A stretch of 64,000 nt of DNA. It comes from Eledone cirrhosa (lineage: Eukaryota). Made by a program: the position numbers and the translations under genes. A model generated the notes under the pieces. The model did no database searches. It was not told the origin of the DNA and was given only the letters and a program-made list of their open reading frames with translations. The stretch's first letter is position 1; every line of letters begins with the position of its first letter. The stretch covers positions 38,812,001 to 38,876,000 of the forward strand of contig OZ024743.1 of assembly GCA_964016885.1 (NCBI GenBank). The letters run 5' to 3'. Of the stretch, positions 41,188 through 57,783 are shown piece by piece.

Positions 41188-41582
41188 AACGAGTAGGACC
41201 CCGACGGCTGAGCTCAAGCCGTTTCGACGGCTAATTCTGGACTAAATGACAATTTTTATCCTGATACATGTATAGCCGAGCTTCTCAGGGTGTAATTCCA
41301 TATATGGTAAAATTGATTGTCACAAGGATTGGTCAAAAGTTTGTTGTTGAGACACATAATTCTATCATGGCATTTTGTGGAAGGAAGGGGTAGCTGGATT
41401 TTCCAGTAGAAGAAAGAGGGAATGGAGGAAACCCAGTCGTGAGCTGTAACACCCCACTTGTCGACTTTGTAATGGGTAAACCCTGCTTGCAAAGGTAGAC
41501 GTAATATTTTCTTATATATATTTTTATCGTTTCCTTCTATATTTCCTTCTTCCCCCCCATCCCTTCCTAGTCCTTCCACCCC
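41185..41582 (-). mobile_element. PLE 3' remnant (family of 1-1008) abutting the truncated hAT
   Basis: Short end ggaac at (TA)n. HHR at 41198-41292 on minus: cacc CTGAGAA...cggcta/tagccg..GAAA cggc..gccg TC ggggt. Confidence 0.7.
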
Positions 41583-43521
41583 AGTTCTCCTGAAAGTAGG
41601 AATTATCTTGGTCTTTGCTCTCTAAAAACATAAACATCTCTTCTCTCAATGCATATATTCGTTCTATCATTTTTCCGCGTCTAAGCCATCGAACATTTGA
41701 AAAATATTTAAGGTCGCCATACTCTGCTTCAATTTGTTTTAGAAATTCTTGAAACTGACGGTGATTTAGTTCTCTTGACAGTATAAAATTCACTGTTTTC
41801 ACGACCACTGCCATGATGTCCTTAAAATTCAGTGACTTTGCACATAATGCTTCTTGATGAATAATGCAATGAAGTTTGATTAGTTTTTGATCAATATCGA
41901 TGTGGTTTTGGAGCAATGCAACAAACCCCTTTTTCTCTCCAACCATTGCTGGTGCTCCATCTGTGACTACTCCTGAAAGCTTTGATAAATCCAGATTCAT
42001 TTCGGTAATATCTACTCCAGTGCTAGTGTCCTTCATAGGAATCAATTGTACAAATTCTTCCACAATATCAAATGTTGGTTTTACACCCATCACAAACACT
42101 GCAGATTGACAAGTATCCTTGATATCTTTGGATTCATCGATAGCAATGGAATAATACTCCAGATTATTTAAAATGCCCTACAAGCCACTTCTGACATTTG
42201 CTGCCAGCTCTTCAATTCGCCTTGTTACTGTTGTTGCCGCCGATAAGCTGATCGCAGAAATTAATTCCCTTTTTTCTGGACAAACAACATTTGCTACCTT
42301 CAATAATAATTATTTGAAGACATTTCCATCAGTAAAAGGTTTCATCCTTTCTGCAATTAGTTTTGACCCCTCGTAGCTAGCACGAGTGTTACGGTTCACT
42401 TTCTTCAACTTTTCTAGTGAAAAAGGATGATTGCTTTGTTACATTATTTCTTAGCCGTGCAACTTCGTTCACTCGTGCTTTTCCAGTAAAACTGTTGTAA
42501 TGATTATGACGAGTTTCATAGTGCTGTTTAATATTTGAAACTTTCTTCACGGCAATGGTTTCTTGACAAATTAAGCAAACACATTTTCCGAAGTGCTCAA
42601 TGAGAAAATAGCTAAGTGTGGACACGTTAAAAGTTCGGCATTCCAAATCCACTTTTCTTTTTTTAGCTTCCATGGGTTTGTTTTTGTTCAAACCAAAAAG
42701 ATTTATGGAAAGGAAAAAGAACAAAAAGTATAATAATCAGAATGAAGAAATAAGAAACAATGAAAACAAATGTAAATGCAAATACAGTAATGCGATAAAA
42801 TAAGATAATTGTGAATAAATCATATAAAACAAGGTTTCTAAAGACGTTGTTAGAGCAGGGTTGCCACTTGTTTTTATAAACCACATTTGGCCTAATTCTA
42901 ATAATAATAATTCACACAATTTATCACAAATAGTTAAATAAACGTTATTATCGAATAAAGTTACCGACTGTATAGTTGTTATACCACCAGACAACAAACT
43001 CAAATGAAAATACTCTGGGGAGGAGGGAACGAAGTAATTTTTCCAAGGACAGCTTTACCTTGTGCCGGGGGGCACAGGTAAGGTCAGGCAAACGAAGACA
43101 ATAATTCACGAGTGATTTTATTGAATGACAATATGGGTTTAAAGGTGAGTCATACGAACCGTAAGGTAGTATACCTTCCAGTCGCTGACGAAAATGCATA
43201 CTTCCAGCCAACATTTGTGTTTGTTGACTGGAACAAAACCACATATATGAAATCACAGGAAATAATAATACAAGTGATATAATGCTTGGCGGAAAGCCTA
43301 GAAAAAGATGGAAAGGAGGAAATAATAATAAATGGAAAATATAATAAGGTTACAAAGGTATCTGTAAGAGCAGAGATTTGTGATGGGCATCAGGTCGGCA
43401 CAAACTTGAGGTGAACTACTGTATCTGTTTTCGATACTAATTAAATAATTAGTGTCCAGTGTAAGACAAAAATCACTCGAGGGTCTGATGTGGCTTGCGG
43501 GCCGGGGGTTGCCGACCGCTG
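41583..43521 (-). mobile_element. hAT transposon (GTF2IRD2/EPM2AIP1/SPIN-like), 3'-truncated and decayed
   Basis: 5' terminus CAGCGGTCGGCAACCCCCGGCCCGC at 43521. Transposase MEAKKRKVDLECRTF...VCLICQE...HYETRH, IAIDESKD, VTDGAPAMVG, HCIIHQEALCAK, VRWL. Confidence 0.85.
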
Positions 43522-43814
43522 GGCTAGATCGATGAGAAACAACATGAGGATGTAGTTTATGGAACACTTAAATGATTTAGAATTCAACCTTAAGAAAGAC
43601 ATGAATGACAGCCCAGCACTTTGTTTTGAAAATGTTGAATATAGGTTTATAAGCATGAATTTTCAGTAGATTTTCGTAGCTGTTTCAGTGAACTAGTAGT
43701 AGATTCTAGAGACGGTGGAGATGCTGGTCATGTGTTAAAACCTGGTCGAGGGGTGCATGTAGATATTTCAATTTTTATTTTACCTTTTATAGAAAAAAAA
43801 AAGCTGAAAGGGTT

Positions 43815-43900
43815 TGCCGGGAACCATACTCCCGACCAGGATCGAACTTCAGACCACGATAACCACTGTCTTTAATTCCTCCAACTATGCCATCGAGAGA
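43815..43900 (-). mobile_element. tRNA-like head, probably a third SINE type
   Basis: Minus strand tggcatagttgg (A box)...gttcgatcc (B box). No convincing cloverleaf. Confidence 0.4.
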
Positions 43901-45230
43901 GTTACAAAAGTTTAATAAAAATTAATGATTTTAAACCTACTTTCAAAATCAAGTTAAAAGTAAATGGTGTCGTTCATGGCTTTACTACAATTAGAGTCGA
44001 TATTTCAATCTTCTGGCTCTTTGGTAACAACCTTATTATTTATGTGTCTTTAGCAGTTGAATTAATTTAATTTGAATATTTAACAAACATATTATATATA
44101 TATATATATATATACATATAAATAGTGGCGGACAGGCCAGGTTGTCCAATGGCAAGTGGACCCCAGGAGGCCCACGGTAACATTGCAGGATCTCACAGTT
44201 GCATTGCAGTGCCCACTGTAGTTTTTTAGGGGCCAAGGCCTAGTTTTCATTCGTTCTTCCTTTCTGCACTCTGAGTTCAAATTCCGTTGAGGTAAACTTT
44301 GCATTTCACCATTCCGGTGTCGATAGAAACGAACGAGCCGAATACTGAGTTCGTTTCTTCCACTATATATCTTACCTATTTCTTTTCTATATCACACCCT
44401 TTCCTTCTCTGAGAGTAGTAAACTCTATTCAGACATGGAACGTTGTATGATACTAGAGTCATACATACTTCTAAATATGTTCTATGTACAAATTTCTCGG
44501 TAGATTGAAAAAGACAACCTGCTTGTCACTGGTTTCGGTTATTGTTGTTCATCAGAGTATATATACATATATAATAATACTTGGAGAAATACATAACAAA
44601 CAGATTTATATATCCAACAAGTGTGGCAAAAATTGAAAACTGGACTTGCTAATTTGCCTTTAGTTAGATGTAATAAACCATACAAAAGCCTGCCCATCTA
44701 TAAAGATTCTGATTTCATGTATGTACAACGAAATGTATATTAATTTATATGATTTTATATTTGAACGTTTCACGATTTCATAAATTATTCTGGCTGAATA
44801 CTTACTTACTAGTAGTTACATAATAATTGTCATTAAACACAATTCATAATACATGTAGCTTCATCTTACAAAAAGATAATAACTTTATTTCTATAGAGAA
44901 AAATATAGTCAAGATTAGAGAAACATTTTGTTATTAGATTAGGTAATTTTTCTTACAGGATATGTACCTTCCCCTTCCTTCGCAATTCAGTGATTGAGGG
45001 TATGAAGTAAACCTATGCGAAAATTATTGAAAGGAAAATAAGCAGTATGAACTGTATAAAGACATTAATGTAAAGACGGATATCTAGGGGAAAGAAGTTA
45101 CAAACTTTATAGTTATATAGGAGTGCACATATGTTTGATATTGTGTGTGAAATCCGATGTACCGCAAATAAAACACTTTTCAATAGACACATCTATGTTC
45201 ACATGCATTTGCTCACACGATCAATACTGG

Positions 45231-45276
<46 letters not shown>

Positions 45277-45828
45277 TATGGGCCTGTGTGTGCGTGTATG
45301 CGTTTGTGTATGAGTGTGTTTATCTATTTGAGGAAAAAACAAAGATTAATTCACAGATCGATCGAGTTCTATTCTGTATCAGCCTCATTACTAGTAGATT
45401 CACTGCTAAGTTTTCTATAAATCCACTCATACATACGAAGGCAAATTACTTACAATGGCAAACGTTGTTTTGTACCACAAAATTACATCAGCAGTAAATG
45501 GAGAAAACGAAAACAATTACAAAGAAAAAAGGAAAATAAGATAAAGAAAACGGTAAGTGAAATCAGAAAAATATACACAAAAGCAAAATGACATACCGAC
45601 AGCTAATTTCTGCAGAATTCTCGCCTGCGAATGCTACTGCTGTTTAATAATGTTAAGTGAAACACTTTTTTTTTCTGTCGATGTCCAATGTAAGGACTTC
45701 CATTTCGTAGATTTAACGCTCTTTCGAAGCTAGAATTAAATTGCCCAGCATAGCTTCTGCTTCTACAAGATGGCAGCAACTATATATGTCCACACATACA
45801 CACATATGCACACAAGTATACATACATA

Positions 45829-45922
<94 letters not shown>

Positions 45923-46458
45923 AGTATAGCATTGTCAAGTTATATTTAACGTAAATCATGGCGAGTGAGATGAGAGTAAAAAAAACAATAAAGATTCGTG
46001 CGTTAGGCGGGTCAATGTTGGCCAGCATCTGCATAGAATGTTATTGAGTATGAGGATTGTTATGTACTGAATGTAACAAAAAATATATATGGTCTTCGCA
46101 AAAGGCTTCCCGTTCAGTGTTGTTATATTTACCATGACAGGACGTAGTTTGATTTGATAAATTTACTGTTAAGTAAAAAGAAGCTTTTAAACTGAACTAC
46201 TTTCCTTTGGTAGTGCGCATATTTTCGTACCACATACATATGGGCATGTATGTATGCATGCATGTATGTATGCATGCATTTATGTATGCATGTATGTATG
46301 CATGTATGTATGTATGCACGTAAGTATATATATGCATGTAAGGAAGCATGATGTATATAGGCAAATATGCACATATACATCATATATATATATATATATA
46401 AACAGACGCACACGATCATACAAACACTCATATAAACACACACACACACACACACATA

Positions 46459-46559
<101 letters not shown>

Positions 46560-47357
46560 CATTTTAATTAATCGAGACGGTACTCACAATTAGTTGAAAA
46601 TATATACCCTTTGGACGTGGTAACAATATATAAAGTCAGTTAGGTTGTCCGGGGTGGAGCCAAAGAAGTTGAAATAAAAACCTATGTAGTGAAGAGAAAC
46701 CATGCTGTTTCAATTTTAAAAGTAAAATATTTTAACTTGAGTTCTCTCAGAACGCATATGTTAATGTGCATATAGATGTAAATAGAGATCCTTTATATGG
46801 AGTAAAAAAACAAATGTGTTTCAATTTAGAATTTTGGCCACATAAAATAATCAAAATTCTACAAATCAACCTCATATTTAATCTCATAATGGAACTATGA
46901 CATAAGTTGTAATTGATAAATTTCCAATAATATAAGTTGCATATGTATGTTACAGTGATGTCACATTCATATGCTGTAATTTATCTTGGTACAGAACCTG
47001 TATTTGTATATAAACTATATTCTCAAACAGTTTCTTTTATATTCTCAACATTTAGCTACCTCATAAGCGACAATCTGCGCTGACTTTAGGAGCCGCTTAT
47101 TACATCACATCATGAACATTGCATTTTTAGAGAGATATAGTAATTTTGGAATTTAAATACCCATATTTAATTATATTCAAGATTCTGAGTTCATTAACAG
47201 TTGAAAATTGATAGCAATTATGTGAAAAGAATATCCTGTGTATATCGTAACAAAGATTAAAAATATATGCATGCAATCTGGTAGAATCGTTAAAGTGAAG
47301 GGCAAAACGCGTTGCCGTATTTATCACACGGTCTGCACATATCTTGTGTAAATCTAT

Positions 47358-47552
47358 TAGCGGTTGGGATTGGCAGTATCGGTAGAGTGTCAGACGCCAT
47401 GCTTTGAAGCAAACTGTTACGTCCCTTTACGGACTGAGTTCAAATACCGCCGAGGTTAACTTTGCCTTTCATCCTTACGGGGTCGATAAAATAAAGTACC
47501 AGTAATACACTGGGATATTTGTTGGCCTTGTGCCAAAAGTAGAAACAATTAT
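47358..47552 (+). mobile_element. SINE family A
   Basis: Full head, body and tail. A further partial copy lies at ~44255-44350. Confidence 0.85.
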
Positions 47553-48425
47553 TTCTTCTTTCATACACGAAACAATAAATATGAACCAATACAGGTGTTT
47601 CTACGGAATTATTAAAGCAATGAGTAAGATGTCTTGTGACATATACTCCTGCCGTTTTCATTGTACGCTGCATTCATGATGTCACATACTATGTTGGTAG
47701 TTTACGTCAATCATCAGGCTTAACACTGTCACACCTTCTATGTTGAACTATGTAAACATTAGCTTTTCGTAATTCTGAGCTCCATTAAATGTAGTATCAC
47801 TTAAGTAACATAGGCGTCCAAATGTCTAACATGAAATGAAAGGTGTTATGACATTACGAAAATAATTCAACGTGATAAGACAATTCAATTATTCAAAATG
47901 ATGTTCGCGGTGAGGAGAACTAATTATTAAGCTAATAGTAAAATCTGCTAAAAAATAAAGTGTTGACAAACCTGGGAATATGCATAATACATATTCCTGT
48001 GTTCACCATATTACGTGTACAAACTTCATCCTAAAGGTATGTTATGTAACATGGTGTTTTAAGAGGAAAATATTTCTCCTCACAAAACGCATTAACTCAT
48101 ATAGTGAAAACATGTATACATAAAATTACGTCATGTCAAGTACCAGAAACAGCACGAAGCATTTACTACGTTTGCATTAGGAAAACGAGTGACTGGTGAA
48201 TGAGAGTCTCAATAAGATTCCCATGTATAGATGTTGAAACGTGTAGGAAAGACCATCAGGAATTTATTATGTCGACTTCCGAGAAATATCAGTGTGTTTT
48301 GCCAAGAAATACATTACAGCTGGCAGATATTTTTAAACCTACTTTTCATACCAAAGTATTAGAACCGCTTTATTCACGTTGATTTTTCTATATAAATGTA
48401 TACATGCATGTATATGTGTGTATAC

Positions 48426-48501
<76 letters not shown>

Positions 48502-48502
48502 A

Positions 48503-48535
<33 letters not shown>

Positions 48536-48578
48536 GTATATGTGTGTGTATATATGTGTGTATACATACATATATACT

Positions 48579-48662
<84 letters not shown>

Positions 48663-48713
48663 CATATATATTTATATATATATATATATAAATATATATA
48701 TGTATGTATATAT

Positions 48714-48784
<71 letters not shown>

Positions 48785-49461
48785 GGAGGTGAGTTTTATT
48801 GTAGTACAATAAAGCAATGCAGATATCGGATAAGAAGCACTCTACAGTTTGTAGGACTGGAGTATACATAATATAAGATCAAAAGATGGTTAAAGGAGTT
48901 CCATGTATTTTATTATGCGCATTTCAAAAACAAACATCATCATGCAATAATATTTGTGTTTTCATCAGATAAAACAGGAGAACATGATATGAAGGCTAAA
49001 AAACACTTGTGGATAGTGCAGTTTTAAATCGACATATGAAAAGTGGTTTTAGATTGATGTGTGATATTGGGAAAAATATTTTATTTAGAGAGGGGGGGTG
49101 AAAAGGATGAAAAAGGGGAGGAGATGAGAGGGAGAGATGGGTGATAGAGAGAAAGAAAGAGATAGTTTTTATAACTGAGAGGAGATATATTGTTTTACAT
49201 AGAGAGGTTGAAAACCGTTGGAAGATAATGTATAAATTAAAAATTTGAAATTAACGAAGGGAGGATATGTGCGAGGAAAGAATATTTTATTTATGGAGGA
49301 GGGGGGTGGACAGGATGAAAAAAGGGGGAGGAGATGAGAGTGAAGGTGGAGAGGGAGAGATGGGTGATAGAGAGAAAGAGATAGTTTTTATAACTGAGAA
49401 AAATATATATTGTTTTACATAAATTAAAGGAATTTGAAAATCAACGAAGGGAATTTATGTA

Positions 49462-50290
49462 TTAATAACAATATTCCTAAATTATTTTTTAGTGCCTTAA
49501 ATAAATGCTTCCCTCCCTCACATATCTATAGTAAAATATTTAACAAACACACCATCAAATTTTCTTATTCTACATCCTCCAATATTTCCAACATCATCTC
49601 TAAACACAACAATAACATACTAAATACTAAATCTCTTCCTTCCAACATTGAATTTCATAATAACAGTAATAGTACTCCCGACGTCATTGTAAACCCTAGG
49701 CTAACTTCTGTAAACACAAATACAACGTCAAACACAACTTCGCTAAATGTTCATAATCCAACTCTAAATCAAGAAACTATTATTCTTATTATTCCTATCG
49801 CAAACAACTTCTCCAATCCAATTCCTTCTATAGATAACACTAGGTCACTCATTAATAATCTCTCTAATTGCAACTGCCGCATTAAAAATAAATGTCCTCT
49901 CAACAACCATTGTCTCGATAAAAACTTAATTTATGAATGTAAAATTATAACTAGCACCAATTCCTTCACCTATTTTGGCTCCACTTCCACCTCTTTTAAA
50001 GCTCGTCTCTATAATCATCATTCATCTTTCAAATACAAACTTAAAAGAACCAACACTGCTCTCTCAGAACTCATATGGTCCTTAAAAGACAAAAACATTA
50101 AATATACCATCTTTTGGAAGAAGGTTTCTTCTGCATCCTCATACTTGAACATCTCTCTATCTAAAATCTGTAATCTCTGAAAAATTTACCATTATCTCTA
50201 ACCTAGATTCTATAATAAATAGACGTACAGATTTATTTTCTATCTGCCTCCATAAATTCCATAGGACTTTTCACAAAGTATACAGTTAAT
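49462..50290 (+). pseudogene. PLE linker + GIY-YIG endonuclease domain (no RT; C-terminal frameshift)
   Basis: NKCFPPSHIYSKIFNKHTIKFSYS, CNCRIKNKCPLNNHCLDKNLIYEC...TYFGSTSTSFKARLYNHHSSF...TALSELIWSLK, CNL, then INRRTDLFSICLH in another frame. Confidence 0.9.
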
Positions 50291-51280
50291 ATTCAATTCT
50301 TTATCAATTTAGAATCTTTTCTCAAAGGCACATATACATACACCTCTTTAAAATATACCCATCTTCCCACCTTACTTTAAAGGGCATTATACACTCTATA
50401 ATACTTGTTTACTCATTACCCTCATTATATCTTCACCTTGTAAAATCCTTCATAACATATACATTTATTTTTTTGACGTTAGAATATTCATCCGCAATCA
50501 TTATTATTTTTTCTCTCTATCATAAATCTTTTTAATCTCAATTTCATCCTTTATTTATTATTTTATTTTTTTTCTCCCCATCAACGAACTCATTCTTAAT
50601 ACATATTAACTCTTTATTCGCATATATTATCAATTCCTTCAATATACAAACTTTAACTTCACATTATTTTTCACAATTCCTTCTACACACAAACCTTAAT
50701 AATTTTTCTCTTCGTTAATTTTGAAATTGCCACAATACTTATCAACACACACTTTTTTTGACGTTAGAATATTCATCCACAATTATTTTTTCTCTCTATC
50801 TTCATACATAAATTCCCTTCGTTGATTTTCAAATTCCTTTAATTTATGTAAAACAATATATCTTTTTCTCAGTTATAAAAACTATCTCTTTCTCTCTATC
50901 ACCCATCTCTCCCTCTCCACCTTCACTCTCATCTCCTCCCCCTTTTTTCATCCCCCCCCCTCCATAAATAAAATATTTTTTCCTCGCACATATCCTCCCT
51001 TCGTTAATTTCAAATTTTTAATTTATACATTATCTTCCAACGGTTTTCAACCTCTCTATGTAAAACAATATATCTCCTCTCAGTTATAAAAACTATCTCT
51101 TTCTTTCTCTCTATCACCCATCTCTCCCTCTCATCTCCTCCCCTTTTTCATCCTTTCCACCCCCCTCTCTAAATAAAATATTTTTCCCAATATCACACAT
51201 CAATCTAAAACCACTTTTCATATGTTGATTTAAAACTGCACTATCCACAAGTGTTTTTTAGCCTTCATATCATGTTCTCC

Positions 51281-51351
51281 TGTTTTATCTGATGAAAACA
51301 CAAATATTATTGCATGATGATGTTTGTTTTTGAAATGCGCATAATAAAATA
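51281..51351 (+). ncRNA. Canonical-core type I hammerhead ribozyme
   Basis: gttttat CTGATGA aaacacaaatattat/atgatgatgtttgttttt GAAA tgcgca TA ataaaat, with palindromic stem III atgcgcat. Confidence 0.75.
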
Positions 51352-51381
51352 CATGGAACTCCTTTAACCATCTTTTGATCT

Positions 51382-51434
<53 letters not shown>

Positions 51435-51574
51435 TATATATGTATGTATATATATATATATATACATATATATAAATATATACACATACATATATATGCA
51501 GACACACACACATATATATATGTGTGTGTGTGTGTTTGTGTGTATTCATAAAAACATACACAGACTTTTATATG

Positions 51575-51609
<35 letters not shown>

Positions 51610-52202
51610 TTATATATTTATATGTATATATTTGTATGAGAGATGATAGAAACTATATGTGACTGGAAAAGTGAATATATCATACATTGGAAACATTATA
51701 TATACTTGTAATACAACAATTGATGTTGGTATCGTGTTTAATTTACTTAATTAGCAATTAACCATACTGGGTCCCGAATTCTTTTAAATGGAGTTCAGGG
51801 AAGTTTGGGCGATGAATGACAGTATAAACTAGAGTCATGTTTTAATGCACAGATGAGCCTATTTTTAAATGCACCAAAGTTTTATTTGTAAACCGTGAAT
51901 TTTATTTCTGATACCCATGTAGATTATGGCGGAATTCGTAGTTAAAGGCAAATTCCTAGAACAATTAAATGAAGCCTCTTGTCAGAGATTGTGACAAATC
52001 CATCAAACAACTAGCCTGCAACCATTATTCCATTCTTTTCATGTCGATGGGGGGGGGGGAGCAACTATGGCTTCTTTAGGATTTTCTACTGAAACGTCAC
52101 AATCCCTCTAAGCATGTTAAATTATTCTCTAAAATTCTGAGGTTACATTCAATTAATAAATGGTCAAAGAGTAGAAGAAAAATTAGATTCCAGATTCCAG
52201 AT

Positions 52203-53260
52203 TCTTCTTCTTCTTCTTCTTCTTCTTCCAGTGGGTACACCAGACACAACAGTCCCCAACTGATCCGGCTGGTTGTCCTTGTGAGACCAGCCGATCTCAT
52301 ATATGTTATCTATCTTGCTCGGCGTTTAAATTTGTTTCTCCTGTAGGTTGTTTTTGCTGTGTAAAATTTGTCCAGCGATTCTTTCCTGAGACATTCTATC
52401 CGCATACCAATACTATCGGAGGTGTGATATCTAAATTCGGAGAGGTAGCAGTTCTACTTGGCGTGAATCTTTTATCTCTGAGCTATGTACTCTGTCGAGT
52501 AATGTTACGCCAACGACCCTTCGATGGCACACCATTTCGGCGTGTTTATACTCAATGGTACTCATTCGGCTATTACCCAAGATATATGTCTATATTGATG
52601 GGTTGGAACGAATATCGAATTGAAGACAGTGAGTTTGGCCTTTACACCTATCTCCCTCCTTCTGATTACTGTACCAGCTCCTACAATTATTGCACGTAAT
52701 TCAGCCTCCTCTCTTCCATCACTGGTGAAAATGGCCCGGAGATACATGAAACTATCCACCAGCTTCGGTTTCCTTGAGTGAAAACGTGTCTGTGTTTTTG
52801 CAGCACATATTTTCATTGCATCCCATCCATACAACACCTGGCTTCAAACATTACACCACTTTGCCAGACAGCATAAACTTTACCGGGGAGACTTAACAAA
52901 GTGATGCGTCTATAATGTGAACATTCTCGCTTGTCTACTTTTTAAAAAATTAACACTTCCGATTGCCATTGCTTCGGTGCATCTCCAGAAATCCAGGCCA
53001 CACGGCACTCCCAAGTCAACCAGAGAATACCTACCCTATTTAAGGCTTTTAACATCTCGGGCCGGATTTTATCTTCCCCCGCGTCACTGCCCCATTTGTG
53101 CTCTTTGATTGGTCTTGTGACACCAGCCTCTGAGAAATTAATCACTAATCTCAGACGTATCACGTGAACATCAGAAGATGCTATTGTGATCGGGTTTAGC
53201 AGATCCGCAGAGTATTCGTTCCACCTTTATTACAGAGTCTCATTTTCTTAGTGCACACGC
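52203..53260 (-). pseudogene. Decayed RTE-clade LINE (RT fragments, (GAA)n tail)
   Basis: AGEDKIRPEMLKALNRVGILWLT...APKQWQS and VDSFMYLRAIFTSDGR...AKLTVFNSIFVPT. (GAA)n at the 3' end, 52203-52229. Confidence 0.8.
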
Positions 53261-53313
53261 GTCAGAAAACTTATATAAAAAATGATATCAAACCCGGCGC
53301 TTTAAACATCTAA

Positions 53314-53500
53314 ATTGGCAGTATCAGTAGAGGGTCGGACGCCGTGCTTTCTAGCATAGCTACGTCCCTTTACGGTTTGAGTTCAAATTCCGTCGAGGTT
53401 AACTTTGCCTTTCATCCTTACGGGGTCGATAAAATAAAGTACCAGTAAAGTAATGTACTGGGTAATTGCTGGCATTGTGCCAAAAGTAGAAACAATTATT
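53314..53500 (+). mobile_element. SINE family A
   Basis: Full-length match to 8307-8493. Confidence 0.85.
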
Positions 53501-53559
53501 ATAATTCGTAACGCTTTACTTTCGGCAGATTTTATATCAATACAATACTAAAAGAGTGA

Positions 53560-53795
53560 GGCTGAACCAAGGGGCCTTTATGTCATTCGTTTTCCTTCAA
53601 CCTTCCAACACCTTCTTTGAATCCTTGCTGTTCTCAAGAAGGCTGTTTTCTGTAACAATCCTGTCATGGTGGTAATTCCTAGTTTCTCAAGCTATGTATC
53701 CAACCTCCTAATATCTGCCTCTAGTGTTCGAACAACAATTGGTTCCACTTCTAGGTGTCTGATTTCTCTCTTCAGCTTCTGGTATTTCTCATCTT
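53560..53795 (-). pseudogene. 3' fragment of an R4/Dong-like (restriction-like endonuclease) LINE
   Basis: EKYQKLKREIRHLEVEPIVV...LEKLGI...LLQKTAFLRTARIQRKVLE resembles the C-terminus of these elements. Confidence 0.55.
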
Positions 53796-54744
53796 ATTAT
53801 TATAACGTGTTACTGATATAACTGCTTTTGAAAAGTTTGTTAATCTATTATTTAATTCTTTGGAATCTACCAAATTGTGTAAAATATAACCGTATCAATA
53901 TTAGTATGTAGAAGCCAATTGAGGCCATAACATACACATTCACAATGAATTGCTAAATATCCACTGCTTTGTGGCAACATATATTGTAATATAAAAAATG
54001 TGAAACAAACTATATCGATACAATGGAATTTGCTGCAACTGCTGATGTATAACTACATAGTTAATAAACATTATTGTTTTCACAAAGACTTCGACATAAT
54101 TCCAGTAATGTATAGTGTTCAGATAGCCTGCAACATAATACATTTCTTCCATTATATTTATATAAATATTTTTTAGAACATCAAAATGGTGGCAGTTACA
54201 TGTGTTATATGTCAATATCTCTGCCATATACGTATCTCCTGAAACATACATAATATTTCTATAGTGTACACAATTTCAGATATATAAGAAATAAAGATCC
54301 ACTTAATGAACAATATAAATATGTTGCTCTCTCTCATATCGTTTATTATACTGAAAATATATTGAAATTGTCATGTCAGAATTTGGGAGCCGACGAGGGT
54401 GAATGTGTGTGTGTGTTCTGTGTGCGTGTGTGTGAGTGTGTGTGCGTGCGTGAACTTGTCTTGTACATCACCTTTCTTTATTTCATTTAGAAAGCCAGCA
54501 ATTTCTAAATCACTATGTTTTGCTTTTAAGGTACCGATTAAGCGGACCTTTTTATCCTCTGATTTCACTTGATACCTGTCTATCATTTATCTACAAAAAA
54601 CTGATATTCAGAACAATTTTGAGATAACATATATTTGAAATAAATCACCTAAAATAACTGAGCAAACCAGTATACACATACACGTACACGTACACGCATA
54701 CACGTACACACACGCACACATACACGTACACACACAGACACACG

Positions 54745-54784
<40 letters not shown>

Positions 54785-54957
54785 GTTATGTAATAAACAA
54801 CATAAGAAAATTAATTAATTTACCAGTGGTTTCTTCATTAATTATCTTATGTTGTTTATTACATAAATTAAAAGGTCAGTAGCACACATAGACCACTCTC
54901 TTTTCCTTTACCTTTCTTACGGAAATACTACTCCATTTAAATATATATATATATATA

Positions 54958-55049
<92 letters not shown>

Positions 55050-55056
<7 letters not shown>

Positions 55057-55531
55057 AGTAGAAATTGATTAATATATAAATAAACATGAATAATCACAGG
55101 AGATAAACTTTACAAGTGTGTAAGCACACATGGCTAGGTGGGTAACTAAATAAAGTTAACCAGAACTTAAACTTGTTGAAAATACAAGTATCGGCATCCG
55201 TGGTTTACCATTCAATTAATTGGTGAAATATATTTCTTTAATGGAATATATACAGGGAAGATTAATCATATTATAAGGTATCTATTTTTGAAGTTCTGGT
55301 TAACCTTATTCAGTTACCTACCTAGCTATGTTTGCTTACACACTTGTACAAATTATCTCCTGTGATTATTCATGTTTATCATATGTTAAACAATTTCTTT
55401 TTATTATAAAATGCTCGGACCTATTCGTTAGAATCTTAGAGATTATTTTGTGGGTGATATGGCGCATGCCTTTGTGGCATGACACCCATAATTTTGATTT
55501 AGATTAAATTCATTTTCATTTATCTTAATTT

Positions 55532-55533
<2 letters not shown>
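55050..55533. mobile_element. Older, diverged inverted PLE-type remnant in (TA)n
   Basis: 55050-55168 is the reverse complement of ~55291-55408, plus a tail. A smaller hairpin lies at 54787-54867. Confidence 0.6.
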
Positions 55534-55579
<46 letters not shown>

Positions 55580-55581
<2 letters not shown>

Positions 55582-55756
55582 AACGAGTCGGACCTCGACG
55601 GCTGAGTTCAAGCCGTTTCGACGGCTAATGAAGTCGTAACGGCTTGAGGCCAGCCGTCGGGTCCAACTCGTTCCTATTACCCACTCTACTACCCTAAGTA
55701 TTGAGTACTTTGGTGCGTTATGGTCCAGCTGGTTCCTTACCACATTTCCTTCGTTA
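55580..55756. mobile_element. Short inverted PLE remnant (family of 1-1008)
   Basis: Short end ggaac on the left and long end catttccttcgtta on the right, both in (TA)n. Confidence 0.7.
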
Positions 55757-55785
55757 TATATCTATATATATATATATATATACAT

Positions 55786-55820
<35 letters not shown>

Positions 55821-55873
55821 GTTATAGATACATATATAGATATATATAGATATTTATACATATATATAAATAA

Positions 55874-57712
<1,839 letters not shown>

Positions 57713-57783
57713 ATATATATAATATTATATTATATCATATTTTAATATACTATACAATACTATATTATAATATATTATATTCT

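Larger units (their letters stand above)
48782..51388 (+). mobile_element. 5'-truncated Penelope-like element with ~590-bp inverted terminal arms, in (TA)n
   Basis: 48868-49461 is the reverse complement of 50804-51388. GIY-YIG ORF lies between the arms. HHRs at 48906-48976 (-) and 51281-51351 (+). Confidence 0.9.

Noticed and set aside
45764-45779. YY1/CTCF-like motif acaagatggcagca
   Set aside because: A single short match with no supporting promoter context; expected by chance.
49434-50180. Intact 248-aa stand-alone GIY-YIG gene
   Set aside because: The start is a non-ATG codon inside the inverted arm (a junction artefact) and the C-terminus is frameshifted. It is a truncated PLE.
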